Origin: an uncultured Acidobacteriota bacterium
Lineage (GTDB): Bacteria; Acidobacteriota; Terriglobia; Acidiferrales; UBA7541
Direction: 5' to 3'
DNA length: 64,000 bases
NCBI GenBank assembly: GCA_963754855.1
Contig: CAVWHL010000017.1
Location: 26,075 to 90,074 of the forward strand
A program made the position numbers and the translations under genes. Positions 19,336-29,792 of the stretch are shown here, piece after piece. Below the pieces are notes generated by a model. It saw nothing but the letters and a program-made list of their open reading frames with translations, ran no database searches and was not told the origin of the DNA. How positions within the stretch are numbered: position 1 is the stretch's first letter; every line of letters starts with the position of its first letter.

Positions 19336-20412
19336 ATGGCTGTATCCGGACAAAAGAACGGCGAGCCGAAGCACAGGGCCGACGGATTGCCTCCCGAGGA
19401 AATTATCTTCGGGCAGTCGGCGGCCATGCTTCGTCTTCGTCAAAAGGTACAGAAGGTCCTTGGGGCCGACGTGCCCATCCTCATTGAGGGGGAAAACGGG
19501 ACGGGGAAGGGATTACTGGCGCAATACATTCATTCGCGTTCCAGTTTTTCCTCCGGCGCATTTGTAAAAGTGAATTGCGCGGCGATTCCCGGCAACCTAC
19601 TCGAGAGTGAATTGTTCGGATACGAAAAGGGAGCGTTTACGGACGCGCATACCTCAAAGCCGGGGCATGTGGAGATGGCGCACCGCGGCACGCTTTTTCT
19701 AGATGAGATTGCCGATCTGGGGCTGGGCCTGCAGGCCAAGATCCTGCAGTTATTGCAGGATGGACAATTCAGCCGGATTGGAGACAAGCAAGAGAGGCGC
19801 GCGGAAGTGCGGGTGATCTGCGCCACCAATCGCAATTTGCAGGAGGAGATCGACGCAGGACGCTTCCGGCATGACCTCTTCTACCGCATCAACGTGATCA
19901 GCTTTAGAATGCCAGCATTGCGAGAGCGGAGCGAAGATATAGGCCTACTGGCGGAATATTTTCTCAGGCAGCTAAACGCGCGATTTGAAAAAGATGCGCC
20001 ACCGTTTCCCGAAGAATTGATCGAAAGCCTCTGCGCGCGAGAATGGCGAGGAAATATTCGGGAGCTGGAAAACCTGGTGGCGAGATACGCCATCCTAGGT
20101 TCGCTAGATGCCGTGGCACCCGAAGCCCCGGCCAGACGATCACCGGTGGGCACCATGAGGATGGAGACGGACGGAACGATTCCTCTAAAGCGCATTGCCA
20201 AGCAGGCGGTGCGCGAAATGGAAGGGAATCTGATCCTCAAGGCGCTGCGCGAGCACAAATGGAACCGGCGCAAGGCGGCGCAGGCGCTCAATATTAGTTA
20301 CCGGGCATTGATTTACAAAATCCAGGATGCAGGGCTTTCCCAGAAGACCAGCCGCAAGAGTACTCAGGGGACGAATGACAGGACACAGAACCCGGCCGAA
20401 CTGGCGGATTAG
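19336..20412 (+). CDS. Sigma54 activator lacking a regulatory domain (AAA+ plus HTH)
   Basis: GENGTGK, GAFTDA, FLDEI and WRGNIRELEN; C-terminal HTH; only ~20 aa precede the AAA+ domain. Confidence 0.92.
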   Translation: MAVSGQKNGEPKHRADGLPPEEIIFGQSAAMLRLRQKVQKVLGADVPILIEGENGTGKGLLAQYIHSRSSFSSGAFVKVNCAAIPGNLLESELFGYEKGAFTDAHTSKPGHVEMAHRGTLFLDEIADLGLGLQAKILQLLQDGQFSRIGDKQERRAEVRVICATNRNLQEEIDAGRFRHDLFYRINVISFRMPALRERSEDIGLLAEYFLRQLNARFEKDAPPFPEELIESLCAREWRGNIRELENLVARYAILGSLDAVAPEAPARRSPVGTMRMETDGTIPLKRIAKQAVREMEGNLILKALREHKWNRRKAAQALNISYRALIYKIQDAGLSQKTSRKSTQGTNDRTQNPAELAD

Positions 20413-20565
20413 GATTTTTTTCTACCTGCATACCTAGTCTAACATGGCCGGGGCCAGGCAAGATTCCACAGCATCTTTAGAAGTTTGGGCGATCCAGCGG
20501 CTTCGGCTGGCGAGGAATCCCGGCTCTCTGCGGCGCCTTCCGCAAAGTGTATAATCGAAGAGCCA

Positions 20566-22512
20566 ATGAAACAGAAAATACAACGTCAGACTAGCTTGCT
20601 TATTTTGAGTCTTTTCTTGCTTGCGCTGGGCTGGATCTTGGGAGCAGCAGGGTGCGGCGGGGGAAGCGCGGGTCTGACTGGCGGGGGAGGGAATCCGGGG
20701 CCGAACATTGCGAGTCTGAGCCCCACGTCAGGATTGGCGGGGACGCCAGTGACGATCGCGGGAACGAACTTCGGAGCGACACAGGGAACGAGCACGGTGA
20801 AGTTCAACGGAATCGCGGGGACGCCGACCTCGTGGAGCGCGACGAGCATCGTGGTACCGGTGCCGAGTGGAGCGACGACGGGGAACGTGGTGGTGACCGT
20901 TGGTGGTGTGGCGAGCAACGGAGTGAACTTTACGGTGACAGCGCCCGCGCCGAGTATTACAAGCCTGACTCCGAGTTCCGGGCTGGTGGGGACCTCGGTG
21001 ACGATTACGGGTTCGAACTTTGGTGCGACGCAAGGGGCAAGTACGGTGAAGTTCAATGGAACGGCGGCAACGCCGACGAGTTGGAGCGCGACGAGCATCG
21101 TTGCGCCAGTGCCAAGCGGAGCGACAACGGGAAACGTTGTGGTGACGGTGGGTGGAGTGGCGAGCAATGGAATAAGCTTCACGGTCACGACCTCAGGAAC
21201 GCCAAAGTTTCCGATCAAGGCCAGTGCGAACGGCAGATATTTCACGGACGCGAACGGCGTGCCTTGGCTCATGGTGGCCGACGCGGGCCACCACTTGATG
21301 CCGGCAATAGCACAATCCGCCGTGGCGGCTTACCTGACTGACCGGATAAACAACGGATTCAATGCCATCGACTTCTACTTTATGTGTGCGGGAGCGGGAA
21401 CTTGTCCCGCATCGGGTGCGGCTTTCGACGGTACCTTACCGTTCACGACGGGGAGCGGCCCGTCGAGTTACGATCTTTCGACGCCGAACAGCGCCTACTG
21501 GTCAGAAGTGGACAGCGTCGTTTCGAAGGCGGCGGCTGATGGTTTGGTTGTGTTCGTCAACCCAATTCCGTGGGGTGTCGCGTTTTCGTCCACCTTGCAG
21601 AACAACGGAGCAACGAAGGACTTCAACTTCGGGGCTTTCGTAGGAAATCGTTACAAGAACTACTCCAACATTATCTGGCACGTGGGGCAAGACTTCGATG
21701 CTAGCTCCCTGCCATCCTCGACCGATCTGAATTACGAAGCACAGCTCATAGCGGGCATACGCAGCGCTGATCAAAACCACCTGATTACCTGCCAACTGAA
21801 CTACGACAGCTCGTACTCACAGCAAGCCAACTCGATCGGCAATGCAACCTACAACGCGGATCTGACGACGGACTTTGTTTACACCTACTATGAGACCTAC
21901 GACTACATGTTGGCTGGATACAACAGTTCTCCCACGCTCCCGGCCATCATGGGCGAGGCCAACTACGAAACAGGGAACAACACGAGCATGTTGTCCTTGC
22001 CGGCGGATGCTTTCATCACGCGGTTGGAGATGTGGTACCCAATGACGAGCGGTGCCACGGGATTTGAATTTGGTAATGAGCACGTCAACCATTTCGACTC
22101 AAGCTGGCAGACGAACCTCGACACGACGGCTACCACGCAGGTGAAATATGTGGCCAAACTTTTCAGCCAATACCAATGGTGGAAATTCGCGCCGGATCAA
22201 TCGCACGCGCTCGTGACGGCAGGATATGGCAGCTACAACGGCGGGAACGGAAATCTTTACACTGCCAATTACGCAACGACGACCTGGGACGGGAGTACTG
22301 CTGCGATGATCTATACGCCCGTTTCGACGACGCTTACCGTCAATATGGCGAACTTCTCGAAGTCCATGACGGCCTTCTGGTACGACCCGACGACGGGCAA
22401 TTCCACGGCGATAAGCGGCTCGCCATTTACCAACAGCGGCTCACAGAACTTCACGACGCCCAGCACGGCGCACTCGGATGGAACACACGACTGGGTCCTG
22501 GTGCTCCACTAG
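20566..22512 (+). CDS. Lipoprotein: 2x IPT/TIG, DUF4038/apiosidase-like catalytic domain, putative collagen-binding C-terminal domain
   Basis: AAGC lipobox; GTPVTIAGTNFG..SWSATSI repeats; ASANGRYFTDANGVPW, GEANYE and WYDPTTG..DWVLVL. Confidence 0.8.
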   Translation: MKQKIQRQTSLLILSLFLLALGWILGAAGCGGGSAGLTGGGGNPGPNIASLSPTSGLAGTPVTIAGTNFGATQGTSTVKFNGIAGTPTSWSATSIVVPVPSGATTGNVVVTVGGVASNGVNFTVTAPAPSITSLTPSSGLVGTSVTITGSNFGATQGASTVKFNGTAATPTSWSATSIVAPVPSGATTGNVVVTVGGVASNGISFTVTTSGTPKFPIKASANGRYFTDANGVPWLMVADAGHHLMPAIAQSAVAAYLTDRINNGFNAIDFYFMCAGAGTCPASGAAFDGTLPFTTGSGPSSYDLSTPNSAYWSEVDSVVSKAAADGLVVFVNPIPWGVAFSSTLQNNGATKDFNFGAFVGNRYKNYSNIIWHVGQDFDASSLPSSTDLNYEAQLIAGIRSADQNHLITCQLNYDSSYSQQANSIGNATYNADLTTDFVYTYYETYDYMLAGYNSSPTLPAIMGEANYETGNNTSMLSLPADAFITRLEMWYPMTSGATGFEFGNEHVNHFDSSWQTNLDTTATTQVKYVAKLFSQYQWWKFAPDQSHALVTAGYGSYNGGNGNLYTANYATTTWDGSTAAMIYTPVSTTLTVNMANFSKSMTAFWYDPTTGNSTAISGSPFTNSGSQNFTTPSTAHSDGTHDWVLVLH

Positions 22513-22847
22513 CCGCCAGCCTCGACTTGACGGATGAGGGCAACCTGATCTGGCTGGCAAGCCCCCCACTGCAAAGTAGTGTTCTGTCCCAGAAATACTT
22601 TCATGTTGTCGCTGGATTTTAGCGAAGATCGAATCCGATGTGCCGGGGTGGGCTCGGTCTTTGCAGGGTTGCCCCGATGTACAGTGCCGGACAGTTCCTT
22701 TGCCTGACCGCAATCTAGCCCCCTGACCAGTTTCGCCGAATTCTGCTGGCCCCTAACATTCTAAGCGTGGGGAGAGCCTCAATCCGCGTCTCGGATGACG
22801 GCATTTTTTAACGGCAAAACATTTTCTTGGGCAGATCGAGGGGAAAT

Positions 22848-25334
22848 ATGAGGGGTTTTCGCGGGCTTAAGGGAATCACGGAACGCCGAGCAACGAAGTC
22901 CATCGTATTTTCATGCTTCCTGAGCGCGGCACTATTGGTAAGCGGGTGCTCCGGATTGGTCAGCGGGAACTCGACGGGCGGTGGAGGGGGCACTCCAACG
23001 AGCCTGACGATTTCAAACGCGGTGACCGCGAATGCGACATCCACGAGCGTGGGGGTCGACTGGCAAACGAGCGCGCCCGCCACTTCCCAGGTGGAGTACG
23101 GAACGACCACGAGTTACGGTTCGACAACGGCCGTCAATTCGACGATGGTCACGAGTCATCAAGTGACCGTCTCGAACCTGAAGTCAGGAACCACGTACCA
23201 CTGCCGCGTGCATTCCACGGATGCGAATAGCAACACAGCGGTAAGCGGTGATTTGGCTTGCGCGACCTCAGCATCCGCGGACACGACCCCGCCGACAGTT
23301 TCCATTACCTCCCCAGCGGCCAACGCGACGCTTTCCGCGACGGTGAACTTGACGGCTAACGCGACGGACAACGTGGCGGTTGCGAGCGTTCAATTCAAGG
23401 TAGATAACGCAAACGCAGGGCCGGCGCTGACTAGCGCGCCATACACTTACGCGCTGAACACGAATACGCTGACGAATGCAAATCACACGCTGACGGCGGT
23501 GGCGACCGATACGTCAGGAAATACGGCGACGAGCGCGGCGATTACGGTGAAAGTCAGCAACACGACGACGGACACGACGCCGCCGGTGGTAACAATGACG
23601 GCACCGGCGAGCGGAGCGGTTGTCTCGAAGACGGTTACGGTATCGGCGAACGCCACGGATAACGTGGCGGTGGCGAAGGTTCAGTTCCAACTGGATGGGG
23701 CAAACGTTGGCACGGCAGTGACGGTGGCACCGTACGCCTATTCGTGGGACACGACAAAGACGACGAACGCGGCGCATACGCTGCGGGCGATTGCCACGGA
23801 TACCTCCAATAATTCCACGACCAGCGCGAGCGTCAGCGTGACGGTGAACAACTCGGCGACGGATACGACGCCGCCAACGGTGGCGATCACGTCGCCGGCA
23901 AGCGGCGCGAGCGTCTCGGGCACGGTAACCGTTTCGGGCACAGCTTCGGACAACGTGGCGGTTTCGCTGGTACAGGTGTCGGTGGATAACGGAAGCTTTT
24001 CGAACGCCTCGGGAACGACAAGCTGGAGCTTTAGCCTGAACACAGTGTCGCTGAGCAACGCCAGCCACACGTTGGCAGCCAAGGCCACGGACAGCTCCGG
24101 GAACACGACCACGAGCAGTCCCGTGTCCATTACGGTGAGCAACTCCGGAGGGACGGGCACCACTGTTACGGTGAATTCCACCACGGTGTTCCAAACGATC
24201 GACGGATTCGGGGCCTCGAGCGCGTATACCGGAGACGGAATCACGAACAGTCAAGCCGACCTCTTCTGGACCACGACCAGCGGTGTGGGACTCTCCCTAC
24301 TGCGAGTGCAGATCCAGCCGGACGGTACGTATCCCGACCTGGCAACAATGCAAAAGGCGCAAGCGCGCGGAATCAAGATCTGGGGAACACCGTGGACGCC
24401 GCCCGCCTCGATGAAAACAAATGGCAGCACGACGAACGGCGGAAGCTTGATAGCCAGCGACTACCAGGCTTACGCGGATTACCTCACGAACTATATTCTT
24501 ACTTTAAAGAATTCGTACGGGATCAACCTGTACGCTCTTTCGATCCAGAATGAGCCGAACTACGTGGCGACCTGGGAATCCTGCATCTGGACGGGGCAGC
24601 AGTTCCACGATTTTCTGCTGAACAATTTGCTGCCCGACTTTGCCAAGAATGGTGTGGTGACGAAGATCATCATGCCGGAGGAAACGGGCTGGTTTTTCGA
24701 CTTGGCTACCACGACGTTGAACGATCCTGCGACGGCCGCGGGCGTGAGCATTATCGCGGCGCATGACTACAACAACGGTGCGGCGGCACCTTATGCCCTG
24801 GGGCAGAACCAGGGGAAGGGCCTCTGGGAAACCGAAATTTCCACATTCGGGACTTTTGACCCGAGCATGTCCGACGCGCTCGTGTGGGGACAAGAGATCC
24901 ATGACTGGATGACGATTGCGAACGCCAACGCGTGGCATTACTGGTGGCTGATCGGCGATAGCGCCGGAGACAACCAGGGACTGGTGAGCCAGAGCGGCCA
25001 GGTCAGCAAACGCCTGTACATGATGGGCAACTTCAGCAAGTTTGCGCGGCCGGGATATGTACGCATCGGTGCGACGAGCAGCCCGGTGAGCGGGGTGTCC
25101 ATCTCGGCTTACAAAGATCCCAACAGCGGCACGTTTGCAATCGTGGCCATCAACCATAACGGAAGCAGCGTGCCATTGAACTTCACGTTTAGTGGATTGA
25201 CTCCAACTTCTGTAACGCCCTGGATCACTTCGGCGACGCTGAGCCTAGCCCAACAGTCGAGCATATCGGTGGGGGGCGGCAGTTTCAGCTTCACGCTGCC
25301 TGCGTCGAGCGTCACCACCTTCGCGGGTAACTAG
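22848..25334 (+). CDS. Lipoprotein: FN3-like, 3x Ig-like (Big) domains and GH30 glycoside hydrolase (glucuronoxylanase-like)
   Basis: VSGC lipobox; DTTPPTV..ATDNVAV repeats; QTIDGFGAS, PWTPPASMKTN, SIQNEP and LWETE. Confidence 0.88.
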   Translation: MRGFRGLKGITERRATKSIVFSCFLSAALLVSGCSGLVSGNSTGGGGGTPTSLTISNAVTANATSTSVGVDWQTSAPATSQVEYGTTTSYGSTTAVNSTMVTSHQVTVSNLKSGTTYHCRVHSTDANSNTAVSGDLACATSASADTTPPTVSITSPAANATLSATVNLTANATDNVAVASVQFKVDNANAGPALTSAPYTYALNTNTLTNANHTLTAVATDTSGNTATSAAITVKVSNTTTDTTPPVVTMTAPASGAVVSKTVTVSANATDNVAVAKVQFQLDGANVGTAVTVAPYAYSWDTTKTTNAAHTLRAIATDTSNNSTTSASVSVTVNNSATDTTPPTVAITSPASGASVSGTVTVSGTASDNVAVSLVQVSVDNGSFSNASGTTSWSFSLNTVSLSNASHTLAAKATDSSGNTTTSSPVSITVSNSGGTGTTVTVNSTTVFQTIDGFGASSAYTGDGITNSQADLFWTTTSGVGLSLLRVQIQPDGTYPDLATMQKAQARGIKIWGTPWTPPASMKTNGSTTNGGSLIASDYQAYADYLTNYILTLKNSYGINLYALSIQNEPNYVATWESCIWTGQQFHDFLLNNLLPDFAKNGVVTKIIMPEETGWFFDLATTTLNDPATAAGVSIIAAHDYNNGAAAPYALGQNQGKGLWETEISTFGTFDPSMSDALVWGQEIHDWMTIANANAWHYWWLIGDSAGDNQGLVSQSGQVSKRLYMMGNFSKFARPGYVRIGATSSPVSGVSISAYKDPNSGTFAIVAINHNGSSVPLNFTFSGLTPTSVTPWITSATLSLAQQSSISVGGGSFSFTLPASSVTTFAGN

Positions 25335-25847
25335 CGGCGTAGTGAATGCGTTTGGCGTTCTTCAGCCTTGCCTATTAGAATGTCCGCCACCGGCGCTCGA
25401 CTGCCGGATCGACTAGGGCGAGGGCCAAGGATGGGGGAGCCAGCGCGCAGTTTTTATGCCGGACCAATCGTAGTTGCGATCACGGCAACTGTGTGCGCGC
25501 TACTTCATGCAAAAAGCCAATATGAGCAGGTGTTCGGACACATTGCTAGCTATTGCAGCGGATACCTCAGACTCAACAGAATCAGACCAAGGACGAGATT
25601 GACGCGCTTACTATCCAGACGCCGGTTTCAATGGGCCTCTCCGGATGCATAGCAGCATTATCTCCTCAGTCGCGCGCCGACCGGTAAGGTCAGTGCTTTC
25701 TTTCGACGTATTTCCCCCCAACACGGGCCCATTTCCACACCATTGCCCTCTGGGACAGGGCGAACCCAACCCGCAACACTGGCCTCTTTTTCGCCCTCTG
25801 TCCAGTTACGTCAGGTTCCAGTACTTGAGTACCCTGACTGCGCATAG

Positions 25848-25862
25848 GGGAACGTGTTTGGC
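25848..25862 (+). promoter_or_regulatory. Possible sigma54 promoter
   Basis: GGGAACGTGTTTGGC (GG-N10-GC), ~30 nt before ATG 25894. Confidence 0.45.
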
Positions 25863-25893
25863 GGCGCTAGAAGTTCCGCCGGGGGAAAGAACA

Positions 25894-28800
25894 ATGTCGA
25901 ATGAAGTAGGCTTTGCAAGAAAGAGCGCAAGCAAGGGCTGGCATTCCTACGCTCTCCTAATCATCTCCATTTTGGGTTTGGGTTCAGCGGGGTGTTCCGG
26001 ATTAGTGAACGCCAATAACAGCAGCAGCGGCGGAGGATCACCGACCCCGCTCACGATTTCCAGCGTGCAGGCGGCCGCGCCGTCAACCAGTGGCTTCCAA
26101 GTGGACTGGGCGACAAACATTGCGGCCAATTCCGCGGTCGATTACGGCACAAGCGCGTCTTATGGATCCACGACGCCGGTGAATTCAGCGATGGTGACAA
26201 GCCATCAAGTAGGACTGACCAGCTTGAAGACCGCCACGCTGTACCACTATCGAGTGCGGTCAACCGATGCCAGTAACGTAAGCGCGGCGAGCGGAGACAT
26301 GACGTTTGCAACTGCCGGGGATACCACACCACCAACAGTTTCGATTACGTCCCCCGCGGCAAACGCGACGCTCTCCGGGACAGTGAGCCTGGTGGCGAGC
26401 GCGACGGACAACGTCGCAGTCGCAAACGTGCAGTTTAAGGTGGACAGCGCCAACGTCGGGGCCGCGGTGACCACCGTTCCCTACAGCTATTCTTTGAGCA
26501 CGAACACTCTGTCGAATGGCAACCATGTCGTCACGGCGGTGGCCACGGACACAGCCGGGAATACCGCGACCAGCGCGGGAGTCACGGTGAAAGTCAGCAA
26601 CACGGCGACGGCGGCCCCGAGCATCACAAGCTTGAACCCGACGTCAGGATTGGTGGGCGCATCGGTGACGATCACCGGCGCTAACTTCGGAACGACGCAG
26701 GGGACGAGCACAGTGAAATTCAACGGGACGGCGGCAACGCCGACGAGTTGGAGCGCGACGAGCATCGTGGCGCGAGTGCCGGCGGGAGCGACAACCGGAA
26801 GCGTCGTCGTGACCGTGGGTGGTGTCGCGAGCAATGCAATGAGTTTTACAGTTCAGGCAGATACGACAGCGCCCACTGTACCGACGGGATTGACGGCGAC
26901 AGCGATATCGTCCTCACAGATCAATCTGTCCTGGACTGCTTCGACGGATAATGTTGGGGTAACGGGCTATAACATCTACCGCGGTGGAACCAAGATCGGC
27001 ACGTCGCTGGGTGCGACCTACCAAGACACGGGGCTTGCGGCATCAACCAGCTACTCATACACCGTGGCAGCCTTCGACGCAGCGGGTAACACGTCTGCGC
27101 AATCCGCCGGAGCTTCAGCGACAACGCTCGCGGCATCGAGCGGCGGCGGACTTCCCTCAACGCTTGGCTGGTATCAGATTCCAAACACGCAGCTACAGTC
27201 TGTATGTCCGCCGGATAATTACGCGGGTTCTGGTTATGCATTCAGCTCCAATTGCAAGAACGTGGTTGCGGCCTGGAGCGGAGGAATCGCGGATACTACC
27301 AGAAACCGCTTGATCATCTGGGGTGGTGGGCATACCGACTACTCCGGTAACGAAATCTATGCGCTGGACTTGAACAGTCTGACGCTGACGCGACTGAACA
27401 ATCCAGCTATCCCCGTCTCGACCGATTGCGGCGAAGCTTTGACCGGTCCAACTCCGAATTCGCGGCACACCTATGATGATCTCGCATACAGCCCCAGCGT
27501 TGACCAGATGCTGGCTGTGACCGGCTCCAAGGCGCCGTGCGGTGCAGCGTCGAACGGCACTTGGACTCTTAATTTGAGCAATCTGCAGTGGACGCAACGG
27601 ACGCCCGCCGGAACGGCTCCAAACTATACGGGGGGCCTGGCGGCTACTTCCTACGACCCGAACACCAATAAGGTATTCATCCACACCGAATCGTACGGCC
27701 AATTCGCGACCTACGATTTTGCGTCTAACACTTACACCATCCTGCACAGTGGAAGCGCGACCGACTACCATGAGACCTCGGTCATTGACCCGACGCGCAA
27801 ACTCTTCTTCCTCTTCGGGAACGGCACCGCCTGGAAGATCGACATTTCCGGAAACGACCCGACTTATACCTGGAAGAGCATCCAGGGCAGCGGCTGCAGC
27901 GGCTTCATGGGCCAGCCCTATCCCGGACTGGCGTTTGACACGGTGCAGAAGCTGGTTGTGGGCTGGGCCGGCGGGAATACCGTTTATTTGTACAATCCAG
28001 ACACCGATTCGTGCACGTCGGTGACTTATCCGAATGGCCCGGGCGCACAGCAAGCCGCGGGCACTTATAAGCGATTCAGCTACTTCCCGGCGCTGAATGT
28101 GTTCGCGCTGGTAAACAGCGTGACGCAGAACGCGTATGCGCTGCGCCTGACGTCGGCTAGCGGCACGGGAGGCGGGTCGGGTCCGGTGATCTCGGGAGTA
28201 AGCGTAACTGGAATTACGACGACTGGCGCGAACATTTCGTGGACCACGGACGTCCCGGCGACGACGCAAGTGGAATATGGATTGACAACCGCGTACGGAA
28301 CTTTGACAGCGTTGAATTCCACGCTGGCTACGAGCCATTCGCAGGCGTTGACAGGCCTGACGATCGGTACCCTATATCACTACCGGGTGCATTCGAAGAA
28401 TTCGAGCGGAGTGGAATCCATCAGCGGTGATGCGGTTTTCACCACGAATAGCACGGCAGATACGACGCCGCCGACAGTTTCCATGAGCGCACCGGCATCC
28501 GGGGCGACCCTGTCCGGAACGGTCACCGTGTCGGCCAGTGCCAGCGACAACGTAGGAGTCGCTAGCGTGCAGTTTACACTGGACGGGGCCAATCTCGGGA
28601 CTCCGCTGGCAGCGAGCCCATATCAAATGACGTGGGACACCACGACCACGGGGAACGGTATTCACCTGGTTTCAGCAGTAGCTAAGGACGCTGCGGGAAA
28701 CACGGCAACCGCGGCTGCAGTTTCCATCACAGTGTCGAACTCCACGAGTGGCGCCGCCGCGGCAGCCTTGCAGGATTTCAACGCTCGCTGTACAGCTGCC

Positions 28801-29631
28801 GGGGTCGTATTCTGCCAAGCGTTCGATGACTCAACCGGATTCCAGCAGAACGTCAATATCTTCCCAAATGCCACCTATGCGGGCGTTTATCCAGCGATGG
28901 ATACGACTACAGCACGTTCTGGGACCTCAAGCATGCGGATCGACATTCCGCCGTTCCAAGGTGCGAACATGGGCAAGTTCGATAGTGCATTTACGCCCAT
29001 GGGTGGTGCGAACAGCGATTTCTACTTTCAGGTCGCGACTCGAATTTCACCTGAAATGCTGACGAATTTTGCGAACCGGGCGACGACCGGCTGGCCGACG
29101 TGGAAGAATCATAGCTTTTTCACCGGCAACTCGAGTTGCATCGGAATGTCGCTGGTCACGAACATCAACAATGACGGGCTTGTCCCTTCGTCTTCAATGA
29201 ATTGTGGATACAATGGTTTCTACACGAATGGAGGAACCCCGCCGTACTTGATCCAGCAGGGCGATTACAATTGCCCGTACAGGGGAGAGACTCCGTCAGT
29301 GTGCTTTTACTGGCCTACAGATACATGGATCACGTTTTACTATCACGTGCACGTGGGCAACTACAATTCAGCAACGGACAATTACGACAATTCGCTCGTG
29401 GAGGCCTGGGTCTCGGTGGATGGGCAACCGTACAAGAAGTGGATCGACCTCCCGGGATGGTCGTTAAGCGCCAATGGCCAGAGCCAGTTCGACCATTTGG
29501 AGCTTTACCCGTACATGACTGGCAAGGATGCGACGATCGGAGGCTATCCGACAGCCCACGTCTGGTACGACGAATTGATTGTCTCGAAGCAGCCGATCGC
29601 GGCACCAGCTGTTCCTCCCGCCCTACCATAA
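25894..29631 (+). CDS. Large modular lipoprotein: FN3-Big-TIG-FN3, Kelch-like beta-propeller, FN3-Big, and C-terminal LamG/polysaccharide-lyase-like domain
   Basis: SAGC lipobox; stalk modules as in the neighbouring genes; WGGGHTDYSGNE..SRHTY propeller; C-terminal WITFYYHV..WYDELIVS. Confidence 0.78.
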   Translation: MSNEVGFARKSASKGWHSYALLIISILGLGSAGCSGLVNANNSSSGGGSPTPLTISSVQAAAPSTSGFQVDWATNIAANSAVDYGTSASYGSTTPVNSAMVTSHQVGLTSLKTATLYHYRVRSTDASNVSAASGDMTFATAGDTTPPTVSITSPAANATLSGTVSLVASATDNVAVANVQFKVDSANVGAAVTTVPYSYSLSTNTLSNGNHVVTAVATDTAGNTATSAGVTVKVSNTATAAPSITSLNPTSGLVGASVTITGANFGTTQGTSTVKFNGTAATPTSWSATSIVARVPAGATTGSVVVTVGGVASNAMSFTVQADTTAPTVPTGLTATAISSSQINLSWTASTDNVGVTGYNIYRGGTKIGTSLGATYQDTGLAASTSYSYTVAAFDAAGNTSAQSAGASATTLAASSGGGLPSTLGWYQIPNTQLQSVCPPDNYAGSGYAFSSNCKNVVAAWSGGIADTTRNRLIIWGGGHTDYSGNEIYALDLNSLTLTRLNNPAIPVSTDCGEALTGPTPNSRHTYDDLAYSPSVDQMLAVTGSKAPCGAASNGTWTLNLSNLQWTQRTPAGTAPNYTGGLAATSYDPNTNKVFIHTESYGQFATYDFASNTYTILHSGSATDYHETSVIDPTRKLFFLFGNGTAWKIDISGNDPTYTWKSIQGSGCSGFMGQPYPGLAFDTVQKLVVGWAGGNTVYLYNPDTDSCTSVTYPNGPGAQQAAGTYKRFSYFPALNVFALVNSVTQNAYALRLTSASGTGGGSGPVISGVSVTGITTTGANISWTTDVPATTQVEYGLTTAYGTLTALNSTLATSHSQALTGLTIGTLYHYRVHSKNSSGVESISGDAVFTTNSTADTTPPTVSMSAPASGATLSGTVTVSASASDNVGVASVQFTLDGANLGTPLAASPYQMTWDTTTTGNGIHLVSAVAKDAAGNTATAAAVSITVSNSTSGAAAAALQDFNARCTAAGVVFCQAFDDSTGFQQNVNIFPNATYAGVYPAMDTTTARSGTSSMRIDIPPFQGANMGKFDSAFTPMGGANSDFYFQVATRISPEMLTNFANRATTGWPTWKNHSFFTGNSSCIGMSLVTNINNDGLVPSSSMNCGYNGFYTNGGTPPYLIQQGDYNCPYRGETPSVCFYWPTDTWITFYYHVHVGNYNSATDNYDNSLVEAWVSVDGQPYKKWIDLPGWSLSANGQSQFDHLELYPYMTGKDATIGGYPTAHVWYDELIVSKQPIAAPAVPPALP

Positions 29632-29792
29632 TTGGCTAGCCTGATTAAATTTTAGGTAAGCGGTTCGGCCGTTCTTGTTGGCAAGCCTGCTTTCCATTTT
29701 CAGGTGGATCGTCTTCCACGATCTGGTGCGCAGGTCACCGCCGAGAGGCATCCGGGCTTGTCTATAAAAGCTCAAGGCCAGATAATGAAGGC

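Noticed and set aside
20445-20460. Sigma54 promoter TGGCCGGGGCCAGGCA
   Set aside because: It has GG-N10-GC spacing but no T before the GC, and no enhancer or IHF-like tract; it may be chance in GC-rich DNA.
25645-25893. N-terminal 83-aa extension of the large lipoprotein ORF
   Set aside because: The signal peptide and lipobox, the purine-rich RBS and a candidate promoter all point to ATG 25894.
29590-29631. PEP-CTERM sorting signal (AVPPALP)
   Set aside because: There is no following transmembrane helix or basic tail.
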